The notes: a model not told the origin generated them from the letters alone. A stretch of DNA of 64,000 bases from a virus (IMGVR_UViG_3300042197_002946:64001-128000); one strand, 5' to 3'; counted from the stretch's first letter, positions 11,338 to 23,300 are shown. A program made the numbers and translations.

Positions 11338-14300
11338 ATGTCATTAAGATTAATATTATCATTAACAGCTACTGAAATCAATGATCCTAATATTCCATTA
11401 GAAAAAAGGATTAATGGCGTTCTGTTGGACAAGATAACCAGGCCTAAGACTGGGTCCTTGACCTGGCGATTTGCTAGAGATAGAAGTAGTGATATTGCAA
11501 TCAGTCAAGGACAGAAAGATAGAATATGGTATGTTCCACGCCCACAATTCGATAAGGATTATAAAAATTTATTACTTTATGACGAGAGTTACCCAGGATC
11601 ACTGGATACAGACTTTAGAGATTTGATAAAGTTAGATTATTTTTATACTATTCGTTCAAATCCGATAATATATAGAAGTATCGATTTATCGACAGCTTCC
11701 ACGCAATATGGTAAAGATTTTGCTATTATCGTTACTACTTCGAAAGAACTTACGTACAGCCCGTTTTCAGGAGGACTGCTCACTAATTTACTTTATGCGC
11801 AGAGAGACCCTCCTGATTCTTACAATATTCTATCATATAAGCGTTTCAAATCCGAACAATTTACATCAGCTAACTTGTATCGTGGTTTGACAAATAGCTG
11901 GTACAATCCTAGCTTGCAGTCAAGCGGTGACTATTCTATGTTTGGTTTTGATGATCCAAGCCGAGTTACTCCTTTTGATCTAAAGGCTTGTTATAGCGCA
12001 CAGACCACCACCAGAAGAAGATTGTCTTTACACGCTCAGCATGTAGGAGTAGTGGATTCTCCTATTGCTAATGAACTCATATCCTATGATAGTTATCGTG
12101 GTCGGTCATATGTCAGAATAGATATTATACCTAGTATTTTCCCGTTTTTTGCATCTTTGAACTCTCTGGCAAAAGCCTATTTGAGAACGTGGCTCAATAA
12201 AATTATGGCAACTCATACATCCACTGTGGCTCAGAAGATCACCCCCGATACAAAATTAGTATTAGTCATTAAAAGACATTCATATCTCGATAGTTCTTTT
12301 TATGTTCCAAATACCAGCGATTTGCCCCTCCCCACAACACCACTACGCATACAGGAACTGAGTAAACCTAGCGACATTGCCGTGTATGGAAGCCGGCCAA
12401 TAATAAACTATTATGGTTACGAATTATATAACTCTCCATTCAATATTACTGAGAATCAAAAACAAATGTCTTTAATAGATTCTCGGACTAATAATTGTAT
12501 TGACCTTTCTATATTTGCCTTTGAAGATAGTGGTCCGTACACAGTACCTAGTATACCGATCTCTTCGTCTGTTCCTGTTACTAGAGTGGCCAACGCAACC
12601 CCTACCCCAACTCCCACGACCACAACTACCCCAACACGTACTCCTAATCCTACAAATACTAGAACAGCAACTCCTACTCCCACTAGTACCTTGCCTCCTA
12701 GCCCCACGCCTACCCGAACTCCAACTCAAACTCGAACACCAACAGCCACAGCAACGCCCACTGTCACGCCCACCAGAACTAGAATTCCTCCGTCTCCAAC
12801 TCCTTCTCCGTCGCCCAGCGCTATTCCTAGTCAACTTCCTGTTTTTAGTGTGCCTGGGCTAGCATCTAATAGTAGTGAGACACAGACTCTGTTTCAGACC
12901 AGAAGAACCTCGTCTACAAGTTACTATTTTGGTAATAGTTTGTATAACTATTTATATTCTGACAATTGGGCTTTTCCTATTACTGATTCAAAGATATCTA
13001 ATACGTCATTTATTGATCCATCATTGCCCACCACCAAGAAAAGATACAGTATGTCTTTTACTGTAACGGTTATGCCTAATAATGAACGATTTGATAGATC
13101 TTTAACTATGCTAGGAGGGTCCGGGCCGAGTGCAAGATTCTATAAAGAGTCAGTTGTGCGTGCGCGTAATGATAGTGTCAACGATGTTTTTGAAACAACA
13201 GAAACTGGTGGAGTATCAGCAAAATTTCATTTGTATGGAGGATGGATAGGGATTTATAGAACCATAACCGGATATCCTGGCAGGTTTGCATCTTTTCCCA
13301 ATCCCAATATAACCAGCTCTCCTGAGGCAATAGTAAGACAAGGATTTAATAATGTAGACTATAGATCACGAGCAGATTGGTATGCTATAGCAATAGCATT
13401 AGGAGCGAAAATTGGCGAAGTAGTATCTCTAGATATTGAATACGTACCATTCGATGTAGCAGCTTTTTATAGATCAGCAGCAGGAACAGTATTAAAAGAT
13501 CCAGTTTATCCACATGTACAATTTAACAAATATATACTAAAAGTTACCATGTACAAGGGAGGAGTAATTCCGCCATCAGGCTCAACTGCTCGTCCACAGA
13601 ATACTTTGGAATATTACAACAATAATAGAATATATATTCCTACAGTAATCGATGAGTTTGGCAATAATACGTATTTGCCCAATATTAAGCTAGAAGCTCC
13701 TAGCACTGTTGTGCCGGAAGACCCGTTATTTAGTGCAGAAAAAAATCAAGCGGTTATTCACTACAAACCATCTACAGATTACTCGATATCATACAAGAAT
13801 GTTTCTCCATCATCAGCCTTATATGGCGACCGCAATACTATCATTGTATTTAACAAATCTGGTAATATTAGCGTAAGGTATTCTATAGGCTCTAATACTA
13901 CAACAATATATTCTCAAACATTTAATGTTGCTCAGTATAAGCCTTATGTATCCAATAAGGATGCTAGGCTGTATTTTGCTTCATCTCCCACCATAGATAT
14001 GATGGGCTCCGACAGTTTGCAGAACACCAGTCCCGAGTTCGCCAAGTGGGCCAGAATATTGGATGAAGAGTATAGGTTAATCGGAGGTAGGGATCAAATG
14101 CAAATTGTAGCTGGAGGCAGTTTATCCGGTTTGATATTGGAATATGGGCGTTTTATTAACTTAAATCAGAGATTACCAGATACTTATGTTAGCACCATAG
14201 AAGAATTATTAACCAAATGGAGACCCCCAGATAACAGTACTCTGAATATTGCTCTGTACGCTGATAGTCGAAGTAAGGTGTTGATGCCTGGCCAAGGAAT

Positions 14301-16524
14301 GGCCTCTAATACTGGTAAGAATACTGTGATTAGTGGTAAATTGAACAATAAGGATATTAGTACCAATAATACTATTCCCATAACCTTTACAATTAGAAAA
14401 CTTAAGTCTGTCGGCAAAAAAAGAGTTACTCTAGTCTCTACAGCGTTGAAACTATTAAGTAGCGACGGCGTCCAAGACAAATACTCACTATCTTATGTTT
14501 ATACTCCCGACTATCAACTTAAATTTGTTATAGACGCATTAGACATGAATAGCAAGCCCGTACCCGCCCAAATCAAACTATTGCCCAATAATCGATATAA
14601 AGTTCTAGAAACCAAACAAGTATCTTCTTCTTCAGTAGAATATACTATAGCTATAGACCCCCAAAAATATACACTTCCTCCACAATCATCGGTTATTCCA
14701 GTTTCTCAGTCTTCTAAAAATAGCACCTCTATTCCTCTTATTCCATTAGCCAAAGGCTCTTTAATTATAAGCTATGAAATAGACTATGACAACTCTGTGA
14801 GTACTTTAGATACTATTCGTCCACAGATAGTTATAGACTGGACAGCGACTCCTAAACCCACTAAATTAACAATTCAGCCAATATCTAATATTGTTGCTAA
14901 ACGCAGTAATCAAGACAATATTTTTATTCCTGTAATGTTTGATAGTAATATAACTGGAACCGTTATATCTGTAAGTCCTAATAATAGTAATATAAGTATA
15001 CAAAATAATAATACCATTACTATTGATAAAAAATATTTTCAAACCCTAACAAAACCCACAACACTAACTGTTGATGTCTCCGTTCCAGCAACACAATTTG
15101 AACAAGCTGCTAAAGCATCAACAAAATTTACAATATCGCCACCATCTCCCAGAGCATTAACATCATCCAAAACTACTGATAAGTCTAGAATGTTTTATAT
15201 AACATCTGGTAAAGAGCACTTTTTTGGTATTGATGGTAATGGTAAATTATATGGTTGGGGCAAGAAAAATCATCCCAATTTATGGACAACTGACGCAAGA
15301 AATACTTTTGGTCCTATCAGAAGATCCAGTGATCCTGTCGCCAATCTTGTGCCTTACCACAATAAAGTTGAAATTAAACATCCGTTAGGCTCTCAGTGGA
15401 TCAAGGTAGAAACATATGGGTTTAATGTATTTGCTATAGATATTGATAATAGATTATATGCTTGGGGTGCTAATGTAAATGGGGCTTTGGGTATTGGTAG
15501 CGTCAACGCAACCTCTGTACCAACTTTAGTGGCAGGTAATTTATTATGGAAAGATATAGCTTGTGGATATGACCATGCTGTAGGAATTACAACTAGCGGA
15601 GATTTATATGGTTGGGGAGATGGTACTTATGGTGCCAATGGTTTGTTTAATAATAATGTTCCGTATTCTTCCAATGTTCCCGTGTTAATCTCTAGTGCTT
15701 CCGACGGTATTGTTCAGTCTGGCGCTTTTGGTATTCAGCCAGCCAAAGCTAATCAATCAAATATTTTAAACAATCAAACATTTAATGTTATTGCTTCAGA
15801 CTTGACTACCAGAGTAGCATCAGTCACCATCCCATCCCAGGGGCCATGGTCATTTGTTACTTGTAGCGGTCGTGCTACATGGGCTGTTCGATCTATTAAA
15901 GCCAATAATGAGTCATCTAATGTAGAAGATATTGTTTTACAAGCAGACAAAGATGGGGTGGTTTATTCTTTTGGTGACTTATCATACAAGGGCGCAGGGA
16001 ATCAGATTAGAGGTCTAAGTAGATATACTTTCCCTGTTAGGGTAGGAGTATGGAAACCCCATATACTCATTTATCAAGTATTGCCTAGATTATCTACTCC
16101 CAAATTAGACTATCTAACTGCTAATAATATTAGTTCTAGCGGATCTCATGTACTAGCCCTTAAGAGTGACGGTTCCTTATGGTCTTGGGGTCTCAATAGC
16201 TTCAACCAATGCTTGCACAGCACATACTGCGCAAGATGTAATGCCTTGGATAAAATTGATATTCCAGACCCCACTCTGGCATTGGACTTGGCACAAACTA
16301 AATTTAGAAATAATGATGCTCAATTTATCGCTGCTCCTAACAAAACTTTATTAATTGCTAATAATCGTAATCTTATTATAGCAGGAGATAATACTCAAGG
16401 ACAATTGGATATTGTAAGCGATTTACCTCCTGCCATAACTCCATTCCGTAATGTGGGCGGTAAATATGCTGTTGTTACTTTGAACGAAACCTCAGGCTTT
16501 GCAGAAATAGATACCGCGCCCTAA
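11338..16524 (+). CDS. Giant adhesin-like protein with PT tract and C-terminal RCC1 beta-propeller
   Basis: RCC1 repeats (LYAWGANVNGALGIG, IACGYDHAVGITTSGDLYGWG, HVLALKSDGSLWSWG) at ~15190-16500; TP tract 12595-12830. Confidence 0.75.
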   Translation: MSLRLILSLTATEINDPNIPLEKRINGVLLDKITRPKTGSLTWRFARDRSSDIAISQGQKDRIWYVPRPQFDKDYKNLLLYDESYPGSLDTDFRDLIKLDYFYTIRSNPIIYRSIDLSTASTQYGKDFAIIVTTSKELTYSPFSGGLLTNLLYAQRDPPDSYNILSYKRFKSEQFTSANLYRGLTNSWYNPSLQSSGDYSMFGFDDPSRVTPFDLKACYSAQTTTRRRLSLHAQHVGVVDSPIANELISYDSYRGRSYVRIDIIPSIFPFFASLNSLAKAYLRTWLNKIMATHTSTVAQKITPDTKLVLVIKRHSYLDSSFYVPNTSDLPLPTTPLRIQELSKPSDIAVYGSRPIINYYGYELYNSPFNITENQKQMSLIDSRTNNCIDLSIFAFEDSGPYTVPSIPISSSVPVTRVANATPTPTPTTTTTPTRTPNPTNTRTATPTPTSTLPPSPTPTRTPTQTRTPTATATPTVTPTRTRIPPSPTPSPSPSAIPSQLPVFSVPGLASNSSETQTLFQTRRTSSTSYYFGNSLYNYLYSDNWAFPITDSKISNTSFIDPSLPTTKKRYSMSFTVTVMPNNERFDRSLTMLGGSGPSARFYKESVVRARNDSVNDVFETTETGGVSAKFHLYGGWIGIYRTITGYPGRFASFPNPNITSSPEAIVRQGFNNVDYRSRADWYAIAIALGAKIGEVVSLDIEYVPFDVAAFYRSAAGTVLKDPVYPHVQFNKYILKVTMYKGGVIPPSGSTARPQNTLEYYNNNRIYIPTVIDEFGNNTYLPNIKLEAPSTVVPEDPLFSAEKNQAVIHYKPSTDYSISYKNVSPSSALYGDRNTIIVFNKSGNISVRYSIGSNTTTIYSQTFNVAQYKPYVSNKDARLYFASSPTIDMMGSDSLQNTSPEFAKWARILDEEYRLIGGRDQMQIVAGGSLSGLILEYGRFINLNQRLPDTYVSTIEELLTKWRPPDNSTLNIALYADSRSKVLMPGQGMASNTGKNTVISGKLNNKDISTNNTIPITFTIRKLKSVGKKRVTLVSTALKLLSSDGVQDKYSLSYVYTPDYQLKFVIDALDMNSKPVPAQIKLLPNNRYKVLETKQVSSSSVEYTIAIDPQKYTLPPQSSVIPVSQSSKNSTSIPLIPLAKGSLIISYEIDYDNSVSTLDTIRPQIVIDWTATPKPTKLTIQPISNIVAKRSNQDNIFIPVMFDSNITGTVISVSPNNSNISIQNNNTITIDKKYFQTLTKPTTLTVDVSVPATQFEQAAKASTKFTISPPSPRALTSSKTTDKSRMFYITSGKEHFFGIDGNGKLYGWGKKNHPNLWTTDARNTFGPIRRSSDPVANLVPYHNKVEIKHPLGSQWIKVETYGFNVFAIDIDNRLYAWGANVNGALGIGSVNATSVPTLVAGNLLWKDIACGYDHAVGITTSGDLYGWGDGTYGANGLFNNNVPYSSNVPVLISSASDGIVQSGAFGIQPAKANQSNILNNQTFNVIASDLTTRVASVTIPSQGPWSFVTCSGRATWAVRSIKANNESSNVEDIVLQADKDGVVYSFGDLSYKGAGNQIRGLSRYTFPVRVGVWKPHILIYQVLPRLSTPKLDYLTANNISSSGSHVLALKSDGSLWSWGLNSFNQCLHSTYCARCNALDKIDIPDPTLALDLAQTKFRNNDAQFIAAPNKTLLIANNRNLIIAGDNTQGQLDIVSDLPPAITPFRNVGGKYAVVTLNETSGFAEIDTAP
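12595..12830 (+). repeat. Thr/Pro-rich coding tract
   Basis: [20 protein letters not shown]...PSPTPSPSPS. Confidence 0.85.
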
Positions 16525-16567
16525 TATTATGTAGGGTGTATATGTATATATTCCTTCACAAATTTAT

Positions 16568-17749
16568 ATGGACCACTTTATGTCATTAGAAGAAATTATC
16601 TCAACAAGTGTACAAATTGTAGAATATAGTGGTGAGGATAGACCACTTAAATTTGCTTATATTCTGGATTCGTCGTCCACACCTTATGGATTAGACCAGT
16701 TTATTATTAAAGGTTTAGGAATATCATTATCTAACAATAATATTAAAATTAAAAGTGGTACGAAAACATATTCTAAAGCCCCCGACGTTGTTATTTCGGG
16801 TGGAGGAGGCATGGGGGCAACAGCAGGTGTCATACTAAATACCGATCAAACTATAAAGGCTATAGAAATTACCAAGGGAGGCGCAGGATACACTTCTGCA
16901 CCATCAATTAGCTTGTCCGGAGGCACTGTAGACAAGGATGGTACAGATACTACTATTGAGGTGTTGGTCGAAAAGCCCGATACTCAATTAGATCCCCCAA
17001 AAGTTTTAGACAGCAATTTATATGTCTGGATTCATGGAAAAGGAGCATATTTAACACAAGAAACTAATTGGATCTTTTTAGAAGATTTAACTAATTTATA
17101 TACTAAAATTGATAAAATTTATACTACTACAGATAATGGGGCTTATTTGACTAATAGTCACGATAAAATTAATGATAAGCTTAATCAAATTAGAAGCCTA
17201 GAGCGAGGAAATGGCTATATTGTGGTGGCTAAAACTGATCAAACATTACCTTTTGTGTGGTATAATAGTACTGTTGGTATACCATCTCAAAAAATAGAAA
17301 GAATAGTGTTTGATATTGAACAGTGTTATGATATTAATAAACAAAGCGTAGATTTTATAGACGCTAATGCCAAAGCTATTCGTCTAGATCAGAGGGTTGG
17401 GGTTTGTCGTAACGATTATTCAGCCACGGTCTCAGTAGTAATAAACCTAACTAATCTACGTAAAAACACTGATTATCATATTCATTTAGACTCATCTAAT
17501 AAGAATATTCTGTTTATTGATCAAGACTTTTATCTTAACAACAATCAATTATCTGATCATTCAGTTTATGCTAAGGTGAAATTTATTAACAATACAGTTA
17601 ATAGCATATTTAGTATAGATGCTTCTTTAAATATTGGAAATACTAATATTGATAGAGATGTACTTAGTATATATGTTGATTGTCCGCCTCCTCCAGCGCC
17701 CACGCCGACACCACGCCCTGCCCAACCCGTTGTTAGGATTGTGGAGTAA
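16568..17749 (+). CDS. Putative virion protein; paralog of 3871..5409
   Basis: GGGGMGATA...ITKGGAGYTSAPSISLSGG repeat typical of phage structural proteins; KIDKIY...LPFVWY block; C-terminal PPPPAPTPTPRP. Confidence 0.6.
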   Translation: MDHFMSLEEIISTSVQIVEYSGEDRPLKFAYILDSSSTPYGLDQFIIKGLGISLSNNNIKIKSGTKTYSKAPDVVISGGGGMGATAGVILNTDQTIKAIEITKGGAGYTSAPSISLSGGTVDKDGTDTTIEVLVEKPDTQLDPPKVLDSNLYVWIHGKGAYLTQETNWIFLEDLTNLYTKIDKIYTTTDNGAYLTNSHDKINDKLNQIRSLERGNGYIVVAKTDQTLPFVWYNSTVGIPSQKIERIVFDIEQCYDINKQSVDFIDANAKAIRLDQRVGVCRNDYSATVSVVINLTNLRKNTDYHIHLDSSNKNILFIDQDFYLNNNQLSDHSVYAKVKFINNTVNSIFSIDASLNIGNTNIDRDVLSIYVDCPPPPAPTPTPRPAQPVVRIVE

Positions 17750-17757
17750 ATTAGATT

Positions 17758-20292
17758 ATGAAATTAAATGCTACTTATACATTAACTACTGGTACGACTG
17801 TTGATCCGGCATACCTTACCCCGTCTTTTGCAACATTGTCTGATGATAGCGATGCTTTTACTAGCAGTACTAAGGTAAAAGCTTCTGCCACATCAGCAAC
17901 ATATAGCAGTCCAACAACAAGCCATGTGGCAACAGCAGACGCTGGTATTGTTATGGATTTGGGAGCGCTAAAGACTGTATCAACTTTACGAATAAAAGGG
18001 TCTGTTGGTATAGAGTATGGTTCGGGATCTTTAGCTACAAGCTCTGCTAATCCTATAGTGACATATATTAGTGGATCAAATACTAACTCTACATCAACAG
18101 TTAATACTAAAAATTTTGGAGCTAGTAATAAGTTTGTTTCTGGTCAGTCAGGTATTTTTACATCTGTGGGCGATTTAGAATATCTGTTTGTGGATGACAA
18201 CTATGATTGCTCATCAACTTTTCCTACTATTGTACCAAATAATGCTCCCAAGTTTTTTGATGCCAATCAAACTGCCAGATACAAAATTCAGTATAGTGTT
18301 ACTGGCAATGCTTATTTAGATTTTCAAGATAACATACTCACAGCACCAAATGGACAAGCACTAGACCTTACTGTCCAATTTCCATCCACTATAGGACAGA
18401 TAAGATATATCAAGCTAAGTTGTGTTGGATCATCGTCAAATCCTGTTAAACGTAAATTTGCTTATAAAAATTCATCAGCTATAAATGACGCATATACTGT
18501 ATTAGGACAAAGACCTAGCTCTAGTATAGATACCAATAGTACTTCTGTTCAGTACAATACCTCGACCAACGACTTCTATCCGTCTATTATCATCGATCTA
18601 GGATCTGCTCAAACTTTTGATGCTGTAGGAGTAAGGCTATACGGTATATCCGGTAATAGTGCTGTATTCATCGGAATCGGTCATTCTAACGATGGAACAA
18701 CTTTTTCAGATGCAACAACTAGTTTTGGTCAAAATATTAGCGGAGGGACTATATATCATATCAATAGCGTTACCGCACGATATATTCGTATTTCGGCAGT
18801 AGACTATTCGTCCTTTGGTGTTGGTCAATACCAATATTTTTACTACTATAGTTTATGGGTTGGTAAAAGAAAAACTTGTCCATTCATGACTTTTGGTTCA
18901 GCATCCAATATTAGTGTTACCGGCGGATCAATTATAGACAGCTTTTTGACTTTGTCGTCTTTTTATGCCGATGACGGGGTGGCCGCACCAACCATTACCT
19001 TGACTCAAGACCTACCATCAACAACCACAGTCTCTGGTGGCACAGCACAACTCAGTGTGTTGGGTACGGGGAGTGGAGGAGCAGCAGTAACTTATCAATG
19101 GCAAAAGAAAGAAGCTAATGGATCAGCATTTGTTAATATTCCTAATGCTACATCCAATACTTTAACTCTAAATAATCTAACGAATGCTGCTGATAATGGA
19201 GATCAGTATAGGGTCATATTATCTGCTACCGGAGCTGCTGATCAGACTACTAATATTACAACACTGAATGTTCCATTGCCATCAACAACATATGCATTAT
19301 CTTCTCTTATCAACGACACCCCATCAGTATTGTATAATGATACTATACAAGAAGGCCAAACGCTAAAAGTAAACATTACTGCTAGCAAGGCTCCAGAAAC
19401 TTTCAATACTAGTTCTGTAACAATATATTGGAGAAGATTAGGTTCTGGTCAAAGTGCTAGCGACGCTGATTTTAACAATGGTGTTCCTGGAGGATTAGTA
19501 ACACTAACAGGAACAGGAACAAATCCACAAACAGTTACAGGACAACTATTATTAGTAGTTAGTGCTGATTTATTAACTGAAGGCTCCGAAAATTTTCTAA
19601 TAGCATTTTATGACGACGCAGCTTATAGCAATGAGGTCTCTAGAACTTCAATATTTACTATATCTGATACTAGCGTAGGTAATACGTCAGTTCCTTCTCC
19701 CACACCAACTCCTCCACCGACAGCAACTCCAACACGACCCATACCGTCGTCTACAAGAGATTCTCAAGGTTGTTTTATTGTACCATTTAAAGGATTAATA
19801 ACCAAAACACCTACTGGAACATGCACCCCAACACCAACTACAACCATTACTACTACTCCTACTCGCACACCAACGAGAACAGCTTTTAGTACTCCAACAC
19901 CTACCAGAACTAGAACACCACTACCAACAGTTACTCCCACCAATCAGCCCACCAATACTCCGCGATTAAGCCAAACCCCTACCAATACTCCAACAAGTAC
20001 AGTAACTCCCACTAATACTCCAACAGGCACTTTTACTAGAACACCCACACCCACTAGTACTATCACAGCTAGTATCACCAAAACACCCACAAGCACTCCA
20101 CAACCATCACAAACTCCCACACGAACTCCTCTACCAACTCCAACAAGAATATGTCCGCAACAAGCTCCTCCTAGCTGTGGTGCTTGTTTCCAGGCGGTAG
20201 TAGTGGGCGAAACTGTGGGGCCTGACGGATGTTTAATATCTATTTATGAATGTTTGTATATTCCAAATTGCGGTCAAAATGTACAAGTATAG
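17758..20292 (+). CDS. Carbohydrate-binding adhesin: F5/8C discoidin x2, Ig-like, Calx-beta, PT tract, Cys-rich tip
   Basis: IVMDLG...YKIQYS...RYIKL and IIIDLG...SNDGTTF...ARYIRI (discoidin); YQWQK...[12 protein letters not shown]...DNGDQYRV (Ig); [12 protein letters not shown] (Calx-beta). Confidence 0.7.
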   Translation: MKLNATYTLTTGTTVDPAYLTPSFATLSDDSDAFTSSTKVKASATSATYSSPTTSHVATADAGIVMDLGALKTVSTLRIKGSVGIEYGSGSLATSSANPIVTYISGSNTNSTSTVNTKNFGASNKFVSGQSGIFTSVGDLEYLFVDDNYDCSSTFPTIVPNNAPKFFDANQTARYKIQYSVTGNAYLDFQDNILTAPNGQALDLTVQFPSTIGQIRYIKLSCVGSSSNPVKRKFAYKNSSAINDAYTVLGQRPSSSIDTNSTSVQYNTSTNDFYPSIIIDLGSAQTFDAVGVRLYGISGNSAVFIGIGHSNDGTTFSDATTSFGQNISGGTIYHINSVTARYIRISAVDYSSFGVGQYQYFYYYSLWVGKRKTCPFMTFGSASNISVTGGSIIDSFLTLSSFYADDGVAAPTITLTQDLPSTTTVSGGTAQLSVLGTGSGGAAVTYQWQKKEANGSAFVNIPNATSNTLTLNNLTNAADNGDQYRVILSATGAADQTTNITTLNVPLPSTTYALSSLINDTPSVLYNDTIQEGQTLKVNITASKAPETFNTSSVTIYWRRLGSGQSASDADFNNGVPGGLVTLTGTGTNPQTVTGQLLLVVSADLLTEGSENFLIAFYDDAAYSNEVSRTSIFTISDTSVGNTSVPSPTPTPPPTATPTRPIPSSTRDSQGCFIVPFKGLITKTPTGTCTPTPTTTITTTPTRTPTRTAFSTPTPTRTRTPLPTVTPTNQPTNTPRLSQTPTNTPTSTVTPTNTPTGTFTRTPTPTSTITASITKTPTSTPQPSQTPTRTPLPTPTRICPQQAPPSCGACFQAVVVGETVGPDGCLISIYECLYIPNCGQNVQV
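19690..20150 (+). repeat. Thr/Pro-rich coding tracts
   Basis: [16 protein letters not shown] and [17 protein letters not shown]...TPLPTPTR. Confidence 0.85.
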
Positions 20293-20323
20293 TTGGGGTA
20301 TACTTAGATAAAGGATCTCTATA

Positions 20324-23300
20324 ATGCAAGAAATTATCGTCAATACATGTGAATGCCCGTTCGAAGTAGCGGCAATAATAGATTTAGCAGATCTGGTTCC
20401 TGGCACAGTTTATAAATATAAGCTAGGACTGATGAATACCGGAAATGCTATTTTTCACCCTCCAGAGGGAGAATTTCTGGCCGATAGCTCTACGGACACA
20501 CTTAATGTTACCATTTATCTAAAGGATAATCCTAATAACTATTATTTAGTTAATGTAGAATTATTTGATCCATTTTATGGTAATGTTCGTAGACAGGTGG
20601 TTTGTATTAAAAATTCTGGATCTCCTAATTGCTCGGCTATGCAATGTACTCCTACGCCGACCCCAACCCCCACAAGATACCCATATAAAATTGATAGACA
20701 TTTAGATATATCTAATTATAAGATTAGTTCATCAGATAATAAGTTATTCGGAGCATATCGATCTACTATTTCTGTCAGAGACTGGGTAGAATTCTTAAAT
20801 AGCGTAGCTCAGTATGATGATATTAATACTTTGTGGAAGCCACAAATGCAGGCCGATATTCAATGTGGTATCAAGCGCACATACGATGGCTTTTTTTATG
20901 TATACACTATAGATGGTTGTGACGTTGATGAATCTGGTTGCTATTCTAATGATTCAGAACATGCTAATAGAACCATAAGTTATGTGAGTTGGAGTGATCT
21001 TGCTCGTTATGCCAACTGGATACATAATGGTAAGCCTAAAGGACGGCAAGGACCAGAGACCACAGAAGACGGATCGTACCCACTATACGGTAATCGCTAT
21101 GCTGCCCCAGGGATTCCCTCTCATAAAGGTGCTCGCTTTTGGGTTGATACCCAAACTGTAGTACAGCAGTGTCCGGTAACTGCTACTCCTACAAATACTC
21201 CAACTCCGTCTGTCACCATTGGATTAACTCCTACTGCTACTCCTACCATGACGGCAACAAGAACACCAACACCCAGCATAACTCCGCCACCTCCTTCTGC
21301 AACCCCTACTACCACACTTACTGCAACTCCCACAACAACTACCACCTTAACTGCAACGCCTACGCCCACACCAACAAACTTACCAGTTGGTTTGAGTATC
21401 TCTTCACAGCCCGATCCTGATGTGTTTACAGCAATAGGTATTAATCAAACACTGTCTGTAACAGCAGTTGCTGTTCCTAATAATATTACAATATTGTATC
21501 AGTGGCAAAGAAGTACTGACGGCGGCTCATCATGGTCAAATATTGGAGGTGCTGTTAGTAGTTCATACACTATAAACAATCCTCAGTTAAGCAATAACGG
21601 TGATCAGTATAGGGTATTGGTTAGTGGTAGTGCTCCTGTAGGATTTAATAATCCCACGCCGATTACAAGTGAGGTTTCCGTTTTATCTGTTACACAATCT
21701 CAAATATTCATCACAACACAACCAGCTAATGTTACTACCGCTGGTACTACAGCATCTTTTACGGTAGAAGCCCAAATTGATCCTGACTATTGTTCTCTGT
21801 CTTATCAATGGCAAAGAAGTACTGATGCCGGATCGACATTTAATAATATAGCCGGGGCTACATCGTCATCTTTATCTTTAACAGATCTTACCACGGTTAA
21901 TAGTGGTTATGTTTACAGGGTGCTAGTTTCTGGTACTGGTGGAGCTGAGAATGTAACTAGCTCTACAGCAGTTTTAGTAGTCAATGCTCCAGAGATCTCC
22001 ATATTGTCTCATCCCACTCTAACTACTTCTGTTAATGCTTCGGCTTCGTTCAGTGTATCAGCTACCATTAATGATCTAGCGTCACCCTATACTTTAACTT
22101 ATTCTTGGGAAAGAAGCACAAATAATGGATTAACTTTTGAAAGTATTCCAAATTCTAATAGTTCGACTTATAATATCAATAATGTTACCAGAATTCTCAA
22201 TGGCTCTATCTATCGAGTAGTTATTAGCTCCAATGTCGGCTCTGCTCCAGTTACATCCAACGATGCTACTCTGGTTGTAAACGATAATTATGGAGGTTTG
22301 TTAGTATGGGGTTCCAATGGTAGCAATCAATTAAATTTTACAGGATCAACCACTACTCCCAGATTTACTGATAAGATTACTAACATATATCGCTCAGCAG
22401 CGCTGGGTCAAAATCATATGTTGTTGGTCAACGCTTCGGGAGTTTTAGAGGGTTATGGTGTTAATACACTAAGTCAATCTCTAGGAACCAACACCACAAA
22501 TATAGTTAAAGTTGCAACAAAATATAATCATAATTTAGCGATTAAAAAAGAAACAGTAGGATCTTCTACAATAGACAGGTTATATTCTTGGGGGGCCAAC
22601 TTATATGGTCAGTGCGGCCAAGGAACAACATCAGCATCAATAAATTCAGTAACAGCCATAACTAGCGATAGTAATTCTTATATTGATATTGCTACCGGAG
22701 AAAATCATAGTTTAGCTGTTAGATCCAATGGTATGATGGTAGCTTGTGGGAGAAATGACTTTGGTCAATTAGGCTTAGGCAATACTAATAATCAAACGTC
22801 TTTTGTTACTGTGAGTGGCAATATATCTAGTGTTGCTTGTGGGCAATCTCATTCTGCTGCTATTGCTACTGATGGTAAATTGTATACATGGGGCAATAAT
22901 GGGGTTGGCCAATTAGGTCGAGACCCATCAGTCAGTCCCACAGATACTAATCCAATTGCTGTAAGTGGTTCATCATGGGTCAAAGTTGTTTGTGGCCAGA
23001 ATTTCACAGCAGCATTAAACAATAGCAACGAGGTATACACATGGGGAGATAATACTGTAGGACAATTGGGTAGGAGCGCCTTGGGATCATCTGCTTATAC
23101 TCCAACTAAAATTAGTGGAGTATGGAATGATATTAGCGCTGGCAATTTGCATATGATAGGAATACAAACAGATGGCACTTTATGGGCTTGGGGATCTAAT
23201 GTACAATCTCAAGTAGGAGATGGTACCTCTGTTAATAAAACATCTCCGGTACAGATTGGAGCATATCCTGATAATCAGTGGGAAAGAGTGTTTGCTGGAG

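Noticed and set aside
20700-21150. DGR target (CLec fold) with TR/VR pair
   Set aside because: The domain is truncated before its C-terminal variable region; no reverse transcriptase or adenine-mismatched repeat pair seen in the window.
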